Position numbers and translations under genes: made by a program
The notes under the pieces: model-generated
Databases searched by the model: none
Seen by the model: the letters and a program-made list of their open reading frames with translations, nothing else
Told to the model about the DNA's origin: nothing
Assembly: GCA_964057225.1 (NCBI GenBank)
Contig: OZ059896.1
Span: forward strand, 12,524,001-12,588,000
DNA length: 64,000 bases
Direction: 5' to 3'
Origin: Auanema rhodensis
Lineage: Eukaryota > Animalia > Nematoda
In this document: positions 23,935 through 36,116 of the stretch, one piece after another
Numbering within the stretch: position 1 is the stretch's first letter
How the letters are laid out: every line of letters begins with the position of its first letter

Positions 23935-26115
23935 TTATTCACAATAACCGTAGGGTAAAGTACTATAATCTTGTAGATAACAAAGTTTATCCATTACGAC
24001 TTTAGTACTTTTTGTCATATCCATTGTGGATATGGCACCGAGTTGCCTCTTTAACAAGGTTGTATTGGTTTTTAAAACCAATTTTTCTCCATCCATAACG
24101 AGTCCGCGAACCAGTCGCTCCATACTTTCAAAGTTTACCACTGACGCTGCCGTGTGGTCCAACGTCTGAAAATTATAAAATTATTTGAAAAGTCAAAGCT
24201 CGTTCTTACCACTCCCTTTGCCTTGTTACATATTTCACATCACCAGCTGCATTTACAAGTTTATAACTATAAACTTTTGCCGCTGGTGATACAAACTTGG
24301 TCATTGACCAACCATCGGGTATTTCAGAGGTTAGTTTACCTAACCATTCACCCTTCATATCCTCAATTGGATCTGGCTCATCCAGGCACCTTTGATAAAT
24401 TAGTGAATCCGTGTCTAAATAATGTAAGTTTAAATTGAATACAAAGTATAAAATTACCTGTATACACCAAATTCTTTCCAATTTTCTCCATTGCCTTATA
24501 CAATAGTAGCCTTGCATGAGCGGTTGTATAGGCCGCAATAGCTACATTTGTAAAAGGCGGTGGTGCCAAATGTGAATCCTCTGGTACTGTTGTGCAGTAC
24601 GCAACATTATCCACAATTTTGAACCCGGTGAGTTCCCTTGCAGGATCAGTAATGATCCTACCAATTTCCGGGTCCTCAACACCAATAATCTTGGTTTGGG
24701 CTTTATCAGGTCTTTGACCCATTTTACCCCAGACACTATATACCTTCACCAGGCATCAGGCTTGGCTGCACCGGTCTTTCATCAAACACATACATTTCAA
24801 TATTCATTGCCTGGCTAATTACAGCCTCTCGCTTTGATTGCTGCACCTTGCTGATGGCATTCATGATGGCAACGCCATCCAAATGCTCCCTTCTACGGAA
24901 ATCCATAAATATGGATCCCTTTTCAAAAGATGGGTGCTCTATTGATAAACAAAACAGTGCTTTTTGTTTATCTGGCACACCACTTTCAGCAAGGCACCGA
25001 TCAAGAAACTCATTAAATAGCCGCGGCATGACAACATGCATTGGCTCATTAATGGCTTCCAAATGTGGGAACGTGAGCGATCTAACGACCACGTTGGTGA
25101 ACCGACCAGTTCGTTTTATGCGTCGGTGTGACCACTATAATACATATTTTTTATAATGGTTATACGCTTTTAATTTAAATATAAATAATTTTTGTTCATA
25201 ACTTTTAATAAATTTACTTTTCTTTAAATTATTTTTATATTCTTTAATTAAAAATAAATGGCATTTGATTTTTTAATATAAAGATTTTTTTTTCAACTTT
25301 GAAAAAACTTTTATAAACATTTGTTAATGTTTAAAAATAAATGAAAGGGTCAAGATGGTGTTTTATTTTTTTACTAGTTCAAAATGTTTGAAATATTTAT
25401 AATTTGTAAGAATTCAAAATTGGTTGAAAGAAAGATATATAGTGAGATGAAATGTAAATATTTTAAAATGAATGCTGTTCAAAAGAATGAAAATGTAAAT
25501 TTCAAAATACTTGCAATTTGTTTGATAAAAGATATAGATTGAGATGAAATGTAAAGATGAGAGAGAGAGAATTTTATGAATGCAATTGAAAAAGAGAAAT
25601 AAATTTCAAAATGTTTTCAAAATATGCAACTGGAGCAAGAGAAAATTTCATGTTTCAAAAGATATATTATGAAATAATATGTAAATAAAAGATCGCACCT
25701 CTATTTTACAGACATCGTTGAATGTCGCTCCATATCCGACTTGCCCTCCACTGGTTGATGGGGTAGCGGGATCCCATTCTCTTAAAAAGAAAAAAAAAAC
25801 TAAATGTTATAATTTTTAATATCGCTTACTCATCACTGTCATCCGAGGTTATTACTTCAATAACCCTTGATGATGAGGGCCCACTGTTAAAAGTGGGTGA
25901 TGTGGGCTCACAGAGCTCGATCCCACCAGCCTCGGTAAACTTTATACGTTTACTAAAAAACAAAATATATATAAAGATTCAAAATTGTGTTAAATTACCT
26001 GAGCTGATTAATCTCTTCATAATCAAATCCTAGCTCTTCACATAAACGTTTATAACTAAAAAAAGAAAAAGTTTACAAACAAATAATCAAAAAGACACAA
26101 CCTATTAGCAGCCAT
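23935..26115 (-). pseudogene. Spliced protein-primed DNA polymerase B with internal deletion
   Basis: Hand-spliced in-frame exons from ATG 26115 (QVGYG, ..SKVQQS), then WGKMGQ, NVAIAAYTTAHARLLLY, YT^DTDS (intron 24415-24457), KVYSY, TLPYGY; exonuclease and motif A absent. Confidence 0.88.
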
Positions 26116-26312
26116 TGTACCTTGATATAATGAATACATCAGTCTACACATTGCTGTTGGCATTGTAATTTGTTATGTAACATGGATTTAGGTACAGCTG
26201 TCAAAACTAGCAGTTGCGATAAACTTTAAAATAAATAAGCATATTGAATACATCTGTTTTTATTGTCCCCGTCGGATTAATTTTTGTTATTCCTTCTTAT
26301 TTAATTAACTTT

Positions 26313-26467
26313 ATGCGTGGCGTTGAGGTCAGCGCAACTGTTTGTTAATCTTATTGTATTTACCTTCAATGTGTGCTCTATAGAGTTATTGTATTGTTAT
26401 ATTAGTAAAATAAAGTTTAAAACTAATCTTTTATTATAATTTGAAACCTTTACTTGTTAGAATAAAT
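26313..26467 (-). repeat. Right arm of long-range inverted repeat
   Basis: Reverse complement of 11763-11931; ~200 bp upstream of the polB start. Confidence 0.9.
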
Positions 26468-26511
26468 ATAATTAATAACAATTTGTAATTTCAAAAATTA
26501 ATAATTTAATG

Positions 26512-26666
26512 TCGTTCTTATCGAATTAACCTTCGAAATGTGTTCCATTAAATTTTGGTATTTCATATCGTTCTTATCGAATTAACCTTCGATATGTGTT
26601 CCATTGAATTTTGGTATTTCATATCGTTCTTATCGAATTAACTTTCGATATGTGTTCCATTGAATT
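26512..26666 (+). repeat. 56-bp tandem repeat, ~2.8 copies
   Basis: tcgttcttatcgaattaac.. starts at 26512, 26568 and 26624. Confidence 0.92.
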
Positions 26667-29535
26667 ACCCATAACAAGTACGGTGAACAAAATTATCTAC
26701 ATGCAAAAATTTTATTGATCTTTAAAAATAAAAACAGTAAAAAAAAGACACAATATTATAAAATAATAAACAAAATAAGTAAACAAACATAATTAATAAA
26801 TATAATAAATGAATAAAGTAATAAAATTTTAAAACAAATTAATATATTTAAAATTTAAATATAATTTATATATATAAAGGTTAAATATAATTTAAATATT
26901 TAAAATTTAAATATAATGAGGCAAAACGATTGCTCTCAACAAATCATGATTTACCCATAAGTACAAAACAGGCAAGTTCATGCAGCATATTTTTTCAATT
27001 GCTTTCTTTTTTAGATAAATAGTTTATCTCGTAATGTCGAACATGTAAAATCTCGATGTGGGAGAAGATAGATAACAGACCCATCAAAATTAATGGATCG
27101 TTTTGTAAACCATAATTCACATTTGGAGGATATGCTTCCACTATCTTTATACCGTAGCGAAAATGGAGGCAAGATATTTATTTTAGATTTGTAAGAACTG
27201 AAACTATTTTATATTCAGATGTGGATATGAAATTTGTTATTGGCTATCCTACAGCAATAAAATGTTTTTTAAAGATTTGCCTACACTTGGCGAGTTAGAG
27301 GAACATCGAACTATGGTAGAACAGTTTATGAATTTACAGGAAAATGAAGCGGATATCATTTTTAGTAAGCCATCAATTAAAACATTTACTTTCTCTTTCG
27401 AAAATCTCTTTTACTTTTACTCTTACTTTACCTCATATACATACAGACATTTACAATGGGTGAATAAATCAGGATCTCTGCTTATAATTAGATCTAGTAT
27501 TCTAGTGGATACTACGTTTGACTTAAGTGACATGTACTTGACCGTTGCTCTTGGATTGAGTGAAACATTTTTGTAAGTATGATTTATATAACTTGTGATA
27601 GTCTGATGCTTGTGATAGTTTGATGTTCAGAACAAAAGCTTCTGGTAAAAACAATGGAATGATTCTGGCAGTTCTATTTCATACAAAAAAAATAAGGAAG
27701 CCCATGAGTACTTTGCCAATTATTTAAATCAGAAGTTTTTTCTTTTTCTTTTGAAAAAACAATTGGGGCAATTTTAACTGATGAAGAAGACTCTTTAACT
27801 GTACATAAATCGTAAATTTTAAATCACATTTTGGTTTTAGAATTAACTTCAGGGAGTAAACATGAAAGATGCCATTCACATTCGTTGCGATATGCACCGT
27901 CTACAGAATATAAAAGATATTATAGGTTCCTGAGAACAATTAGACAGAATAAAAAATATTCTATATGGTTTGAAAGAACAGGTTTGTAATATAATTTGAA
28001 GTTTAGACGAAAAAAACGATTAAGAGACCAGAAGGTGTACTTTTATTGAAGGGAGTTCTAGGCAGTCTTAATAGATCTTCATATGATCGGCTTTGGGAAA
28101 TTTTACAAACCACGTGTGAAGGACAATTAAAGGATTGGTATGGCTCTGGATTTTAATCTATATAAATTACAACTTAGGCTAAACAAAAATAAAGATTCAC
28201 ATTTTCTGCATAATTCATTATATTCAAAGTTTCTTGCTGGCTGGACTACACAGTTTGTAACTACAAACTTGTTAGAAAGCAGGAATAACTTGTTGAAGAA
28301 TCATATTACTAGCTCTTTACCTGCTTATCGTGTTGCTGACATATTGTTGAATCTGCATGAAGGTTAGTTCAAAAAAATATTATAGTTTGTGTGAAATTTC
28401 AGAAGAAGTGAAGAACCGAATTCGAGCAATTCGAAATGTATCTGATACAATATGTACTCATAATACTATCAGTGATTTTGAATGGAAGACATTAACGCAA
28501 ATGGAAAAAAGCAATGTTTTGAAAAATTTTAGATTAGAAGATTATTTTTCAATTGATAAATACATATAACCAGTATCCATCCTGGGTGTTGAAATGTAAA
28601 AAGACAAACTTGAAAAAATTACAAAACCTTTTTATACATTATAGGTGAGGGCAAAATTTCAGAAGAAATTTTCCTCAAATCTATTGAACAACTTGTGCTA
28701 CACAACAGTCGTGAAAATGACAAAATGTTTTTCGTGATTGATGACAAAAACTTTACGAAGTAAAAAAATTTATGATTACAATCCAATTATGAGCAAATTC
28801 GTTTAATTATTTCAGCCCTGTTCCTGTTATACGGAAAGACGACGTCCTTCGCTGTTATTCCATAAGATGCATGAAAAACGTTAATTACTCTTATTATGTT
28901 TGCAAACACATGTAAGTCACCTCGTAAATAGAAGCCAAAATATTTTTTAGGTTCATTGTTCTTGATAATCAAGAGGAGGAGATAAAAAAATTAATTATAG
29001 CTGCTATGGATAGCAGGCGTTCAAGTCGAACAAGCAAGCAATGGAGATCTCAAAGAATTAGTGTTAACGCCGGAAGTAAATACAACAAAAGGAAATTTAC
29101 GACATTTTCCAAGCATAACAACCATAGAACATTTGACTGCTTGGTCAAGTTAGTTTAAAAAACTAATAAGTTTATATTTTGAAATTCAGCAACTCGCTAA
29201 ATAAAAATAATATAACTATTAACGAAGAATCTCTCAGGAACACATACGTAGAATTGGGTACAATAGTGTAACTGATCAAAAGAAAAAAATCAGTAAAATG
29301 AGTTAACATTTTTTCAATGTCTTATTCGTTGCTACTACTAACCAGTAATAAAAATTGAAATAATTGAAACATATTTGATTGGTAAAACAGAGGTTTGTTG
29401 AAAAGATAATATGGGTGATTGTGGCTGGGTCATAACCGTGTACTTTTGAAATGGGTGCTCTTGATTTAATTCATTTGGGTACCGAATGGGTGCATCTTGG
29501 GTCATAAACACTTGGGTCAATGTTGAAAGGCCTCC
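26667..29535 (+). mobile_element. MULE-like transposon 3, left end missing, transposase pseudogene
   Basis: ILVDTTFDL, IRCDMH, TTNLLESRNNLLK; TGGGT-rich right end finishing ..GGCCTCC joined to array spacer; boundaries approximate. Confidence 0.8.
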
Positions 29536-30167
29536 GTTACCCAAACGAGCCACGCTTAGAAAATGAGGCTGATATAACACGTTTTTTGCTCCTATCCTGA
29601 TTGATTGCTTCAGAGACATTTCTGTCTTATCTCATTATATTCTCTATTTTGTTTTTTTTGCAAAATTTTTATTAATGTATAATTCAAACTGTAATCTCTT
29701 GTGATTAGATTGTTAATCGTTATATCTGTAAACGTTTCTTGCAAAATAGCAAGTAGAGTGTTCAGTTGTACCTACTTAACAAAGAAAGTAGAAGAACACA
29801 GAGCAAAAAAAGTGCGGAAAAGTCGTTATCTCGTTAACATCAGTTTCACTGCCCAAAACTCTGTTTCTTAATGTCCGAGGTCATATGATGATATCTAATT
29901 TTGCACTTAGTTGATGAAAATCGAACAAGATTCTTCTCAATTGACCACAACTACAGCACCAAACTTGGATAACTACAATCTGCTGAGTTCAAACTTTGAG
30001 AAAGTTAGAATTTCGAATCTCCTCTCAATCATTTTGTTCCTTCTTCTTTCTGTTTTGTTTTACACAAAAGGAAGGATTGAATCTTATATATGACAATTCT
30101 CTTGTGAGAGATCACAGTGGTTCCGTGGTGTAGTGGTTAGCACTCAAGACTCTGAATCCTGCGACCC

Positions 30168-33100
30168 GGTAAACTGACAAGTTTACCAAACTTTAGGTTT
30201 ACCAAACTTTAGGTTTACCAAACTAGGTTTACCAAGAAATAGACAAGTTTACCATAGTTATATGGTATACCAGGTTTACCAGGTTTACCAAAGTATACCC
30301 AATATCAATTAGTGAACACTTTGCAAGGTTTACCAAGTATACCAAATTAAACAAAATAGATTAGAAAGAGTTTTGAGTATTTTGAAGAAGTTTTCAGGTA
30401 TAACAAACAAATATGATAAAGATGTGAAAATGTAAGTTTTTTTTTCAAATGATTGATGAGTAAATTTGAAAGTATAAGTTTTAAAAAGATATAGTAAGAA
30501 AAGTCAAAATCTAAATCATCCTAATCTCAAAATTCTTGTAAACTGAAATAGAATTTATTATCAAAGAACCTTAATTCATATGAAATTTCTAAAATGTTTT
30601 ATCTAGACTGATATAGAACTTATTAATAAAATAAATATTAATATTTGACAAGGTTGTCTTATAAGTGTTAAAAATATTGTTCATATTTGAGAAAAATAAG
30701 TTCATAAGTTAAACATAAGTTCATTATTACGCGTGTTGAACCCTTCGGTATACTATATTAATGACACCTACCATCAATTGGATGACAATTGAGCGTCATA
30801 TATAGTTCATAAATAAACAAAAATTGTGAACATCATCATGAACATAAAAAATAATTTGATTTAATCAAACCAATTTTAAACTTCACGTTTAACGCTTACC
30901 TCAACCTTTCAACTATGAATGCTTTTGAACTCCTTTTCGATAACAGCATTTCTGTTCTTGATTGCTGATTTATTGGGCATGCATCAGGGTAAAAATTTTT
31001 TTAGAATTTCAAAAAGACAATTCATTGTCTACAAGGATATTACTCGGGATATCTTCACTCCATGGAACAGAAAAGGTTAGTTTTATATTTTTAAGTTTCT
31101 ATATATAGTTTGTTTCAGGGGGGGTGGTCTGCCTGCTATTAACAACAAGACCTCTTCCAGAGGTTGTAAACTGGTTGACGGGCAATACATCCTTTGCTCC
31201 AAGGATGATTGTGCCGAATTTACTTACAGAACCATCCGCTGTAAGAAACCCGATATGGATCTCACCAAAGAGGTATTTTGTTTATTTAAGATTTACAATT
31301 AATTTTTGTTTTAGATTCATATGATCGTACAAGGCAAGGAAAAAATTATTGAACCCGTTTTAATAATTTACAACGTGCAGGCAAGTTCTCTCATTTTGCT
31401 TTTTGCTCTATGTACTATATTTAGGAATCTCTGCAAAACTTTGTGCCCGCGAAGCAGAGAATATTGCCTTCCGTTAGCCAAGATGTCAAAAATGTTCTGG
31501 AAAACAGAACAACAGCTGCTGCTAAGGAAATGCTCAAGGATTCTGAGATCAGCTCTAGTCAGGCAAGTGTGAAAGTTTCATGTTTTTTCTACATTTTCAT
31601 TTTTAGCTGACCAGTCTTGCTCGCAGTGTTAGCACCCACATTAAGTCGGGCACTGGCAAGCGATCACCCAGCGATATCAACAAGCTTGTTGATAGATTCG
31701 CGAATGGCAGCATGAAGGTAGAGCATATGGAGCCAATTAAAGTAGAAAGAACAGGTTAAATTTTATTTTTATTTGTTTTAATAGTAATAATTTACATACT
31801 AGATTGTGGTGTAGCGTTCTGTCAGATTGTTGGATACCCAGCAGCTTTCAAACATTTTTGTGCGTCATTGCCAACGGTTGAAGACATGGATGACCACCTC
31901 CGCTTTGTTAAAAGCATTTAATATTTGCCAAAACAAGAGGCAAAGGAAGCTTTTGGTGAGTATTTTATCATTGAAACTTAATTTTTTTCATATTTCAGTG
32001 AGGATTTTAAACCAAGTAAATGCTTCTGGAGCCCTTCCAATAATAGGCAGCATTATAATGATTGATACGACGTTCTCAATCAGTAGTGGTGAGTACATCA
32101 CGTTAGCTCTTGGTGTATCCGACATGTTTACGTAAGTTTTCATTAATCATATCTTTTTTTTAAATTTTGTATATTCAGGTCGAAAAAATCTGGAAAAAAT
32201 GCAGGCATAATGCTTGCATGTATGGTACATAGTACCAAACATGCTTCCAACCATGAAGCTTTCTCAGCATTTTTAAATAAGATGCTCTCACAATATGGAA
32301 AACACAAAAGAATCGCTGGTTTGTGTCATGATGGAGAAGATGATTTTAAAGCATACAATACTGTAAGAAATTTTTTTACATAAGGTTTAATTGTTCTTTA
32401 TTTTAGGGATCATTTTTAAAAGATGCTGTGCCGCTGAGATGTTCCGTGCACCGAATGGAGAATATCAAAAGCACATTCGGCAAGGACGATGATGCTGAGA
32501 GAAAGGAACACATTCTCCATAAAATATTTGGGAGAAAAAAAGAGGTATACTTGATATTGTTTTTAAACACTATTTTTATGTTTTAAGACTGAATATGGAA
32601 CGATCATGAGGAAAGGGGCTCTATCATCACTAAACCGTGATGAATATGAAAGGAAAATCCAAGATATTGTAAGGAATTGTGGAGAAAGAACTCGACAATG
32701 GTTGGTTTTTTTTAAATTCTTTTATTTTTTTTTAATTTAGGTTTATTTTACCAACAAGGACGATTTATATCAAACCAATAGTTTGATTCAAAAATTGAGA
32801 GCTGGGCAAAGCCAACAATTTTTTTCAACAAACTTGTTGGAGTCGAAGAATTCTCAATTGAAAGCTAGAATACCTCAACCTATTCCGGCTTATCAAGTTT
32901 TAGAGAAAATGCTGCAACTACATGAAGGTAATCAAAACATATTGAAAATAACTAGTAATTTTGTTATAGAAGAAATTAAAGAACGAATTGGAGCTGTTCA
33001 TCAGAAATCCGACAAACTGGCCACTCATTTTCATGTTGAAAACCATGAGTGGTTAGTAATGACACGCATTGAAAAAATGAATAAGCTCAAACTTTTCGGT

Positions 33101-34334
33101 TTGAGTGATTTCATTTTTGAAAATTCGTTGTCAAGCTATCCATCATGGATGAGTGAGCCAGTCGGGACCAGCAATGCGGACATGTTTTTTGAAACTGTTC
33201 AGCGTTTGGAGGTATTTCCTGCTGCAAAGGCAGGCATATATTTCACCAAGGACAGTACGGGAGCGTAAGCTAAGATTTTTTATTTTGAGTTTATCATTGT
33301 TATTCCAGATTGGGATGTGTCAATGAGACCAATAATGAGCTTGTATGCTCCAGTCCGGGATGCACGCAACGAAATTGCCCTAAGCATGCTCTATGCCAAC
33401 ACAGGTTTCTTAAGTTTGAGAAACAAAATATTATATTTTTGTTCCAGGCTAGCTGTCTTCATATCGTTAGAAAACGAAACAAAGAAAAGAGCGATCGTGG
33501 AAAATCTGGAACGAAAAAGAAATGAGAGAACAGTGCGAGATGTACAAGCTGAGCAATTGAGACCAGCTGACGGATCAAAGTTTGATCACAGAAGATTTGG
33601 TTCTCAATTTTCGAAAACGAACCGTAAGAGAAACTACTACGACATAGAGTAGGTTTCAAATACCTCGATTTGTAATCAATTTTCATTATAGCTCAACGGC
33701 CGATTCAGATGACGAGATTCTGATACCAGGGCCAGGGGGACAACAGGAACGCTACTACTCACTTTCATAAAGTTCCGTAGCTACAAAAATCAAACAACAA
33801 GAGCATTAATAAGGTCAGTAAACTAGCATATTTAAAATTTAATATTTCATTTCATTTACAATATTGATCCATCACACACTCTCAGCAATTTGAAAATCAT
33901 TATCAAAAGGTCAGTTAGAACGATTACTTAACATCTTTAATGAACACTTTTCATGTATGCAACAGCTCCACAAAAAGAAAACATGCGAAACAGAAGGTTC
34001 TTTAAGAATTAAACTTCCATTTTTTTAACACATCATGTTCAATTAATATAAAATTCTTTTTCCTGATATTATTATCACTACCTTGAAAAAAAAAACATAC
34101 AATTTCAAACTACAACTTTTTGTATTTTGGTATACTTAGTATAAAAATATTTTTTTGGTAAACTTGGTGAATTTGGTATACTTGGTAAACCTTGCGAAGT
34201 GTTCACAAATTAATATTGGGTATACTTTGGTAAACCTGGTAAACCTGGTATACCATATAACTATGGTAAACTTGTCTATTTCTTGGTAAACCTAGTTTGG
34301 TAAACCTGAAGTTTGGTAAACTTGTCAGTTATCC
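30168..34334 (+). mobile_element. Mutator/MULE-like DNA transposon 2 (4167 bp) inserted in tRNA-Gln
   Basis: 9-bp TSD CTGCGACCC (30159-30167, 34335-34343); ~180 bp TIRs GGTAAACTGACAAG / GGATAACTGACAAG made of GTTTACCA repeats. Confidence 0.95.
30915..33780 (+). CDS. Multi-exon MULE DDE transposase (ends approximate, integrity unverified)
   Basis: IMIDTTFSI, LCHDGE, LRCSVH (CxxH), STNLLESKNSQLK, SWIM-like C....C....C.....C.H; many short GT-AG introns. Confidence 0.78.
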
Positions 34335-35166
34335 CTGCGACCCCAGTTCAAATCTCGGTGGAACCTTCAAGTTTTGCATTTTGTTTTGACCGATATATGT
34401 TTCACAGATTCACTTTAGTTTTTGTCTGGAACTTTGAGTCTTCGAAAATGAATATTTACTATACTAGCAAGCAGAAGAAAAACTTATATTAGTTCATTGT
34501 TTCTTTTAAATTTAAATTAATTTATTTTTTCACTGTCAAATCGGCAAGCACATGCTGCACATGTGCGAGCTATTCGAGTGACCAATGCCCAAACGAGCCA
34601 CGCTTAGAAAATGAGGCTGATATAACACGTTTTTTGCTCCTATCCTGATTGATTGCTTCAGAGACATTTCTGTCTTATCTCATTATATTCTCTATTTTGT
34701 TTTTTTTGCAAAATTTTTATTAATGTATAATTCAAACTGTAATCTCTTGTGATTAGATTGTTAATCGTTATATCTGTAAACGTTTCTTGCAAAATAGCAA
34801 GTAGAGTGTTCAGTTGTACCCACTTAACAAAGAAAGTAGAAGAACACAGAGCAAAAAAAGTGCGGAAAAGTCGTTATCTCGTTAACATCAGTTTCACTGC
34901 CCAAAACTCTGTTTCTTAATGTCCGAGGTCATATGATGATATCTAATTTTGCACTTAGTTGATGAAAATCGAACAAGATTCTTCTCAATTGACCACAACT
35001 ACAGCACCAAACTTGGATAACTACAATCTGCTGAATTCAAACTTCAAGAAAGTTAAAATTTCGAATCTCCTCTCAATCATTTTGTTCCTTCTTCTTTCTG
35101 TTTTGTTTTACACAAAAGGAAGGATTGAATCTCATATATGACAATTCTCTTGTGAGTGATTACAGT

Positions 35167-35238
35167 GATTCCATGGTGTAGTGGTTAGCACTCAAGACTC
35201 TGAATCCTGCGACCTCAGTTCAAATCTCAGTGGAACCT
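35167..35238 (+). tRNA. tRNA-Gln(CTG), variant copy, probable pseudogene
   Basis: 72 nt; mismatches in acceptor, anticodon and T stems. Confidence 0.8.
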
Positions 35239-36044
35239 TCAAGTTTTGCATTTTGTTTTCACCGATATATGTTTCACAGATTCACTTTAGTTTTTGTCTG
35301 GAACTTTGAGTCTTCAAAAATGAATATTTACTACACTAGCAAAAAGAAGAAAACCTTATACTAGTTCATTGTTTCTTTTAATTTTAAATTTAATTATTTT
35401 TTTCACTGTCAAATCGGCAAGCACATGCTGCACATGTGCGAGCTATTCGAGTAACCGATGCCCAAACGAGCCATGCTTAGAAAATGAGGCTGACATAACA
35501 CATTTTTTACTCCTACCCAGATTGATTGCTTTAGAGACATTTCTGTCTTATCTCATTATATTCTCTATTTTGATTTTTCTAAATTTTCATTAATGTATAA
35601 TTCAAAATGTAATTTCTTGTGATCAGATTGTTGATCGTTATATCTGTGAACGTTTCTTTCGGAATAGCAAGTAGAGTGTTCAGTTGTACCCACTTAACAA
35701 AGAAAGTAGAAGAACATATATATTTAGAGCAAAAAAAGTGCGGAAAAGTCGTTATCTCGTTAACATCAGTTTCACTGCCCAAAACTCTGTTTCTTAATGT
35801 CCGAGGTCATATGATGATATCTAATTTTGCACTTAGTTGATGAAAATCAAACAAGATTCTTCTCAATTGACCACAACTACAGCACCAAACTTGGATAACT
35901 ACAATCTGCTGAGTTCAAACTTCGAGAAAGTTAAAATTTCGAATCTCCTCTCAATCATTTTGTTCCTCCTTCTTTCTTTTTTGTTTTACACAAAAGGGAG
36001 GATTGAATCTCATATATGACAATTCTCTTGTGAGAGATTACAGT

Positions 36045-36116
36045 GGTTCCGTGGTGTAGTGGTTAGCACTCAAGACTCTGAATCCTGCGACCCCAGCTCA
36101 AATCTCAGTGGAACCT
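36045..36116 (+). tRNA. tRNA-Gln(CTG), variant copy (B-box GCTCA)
   Basis: 72 nt; CAAGA anticodon-stem mismatch, T-loop mutation. Confidence 0.82.

Larger units (their letters stand above)
11647..26467. mobile_element. Degraded Maverick/Polinton-like element bounded by inverted repeats (boundaries inferred; right tip missing)
   Basis: Polinton core genes at 19.2-26.1 kb; inverted repeat 11763-11931 versus 26313-26467; left junction with the tRNA spacer at TAGAGCTAG. Confidence 0.7.
30119..34366 (+). pseudogene. tRNA-Gln(CTG) gene split by MULE-2 (30119-30167 plus 34335-34366)
   Basis: 5' part ends ..AATCCTGCGACCC; 3' part resumes CTGCGACCCCAGTTCAAATCTCGGTGGAACCT. Confidence 0.95.

Noticed and set aside
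26512-26666. CRISPR-like array
   Set aside because: Head-to-tail 56-bp copies with no unique spacers, eukaryotic context, no cas genes.
26840-26920. AT-only palindromic repeats
   Set aside because: Low-complexity sequence; expected by chance at this composition.
30168-34334. Dada superfamily assignment for the tRNA-inserted elements
   Set aside because: Long TIRs, 9-bp TSDs and DTTF/TNxxES motifs fit Mutator better; phylogeny still needed.
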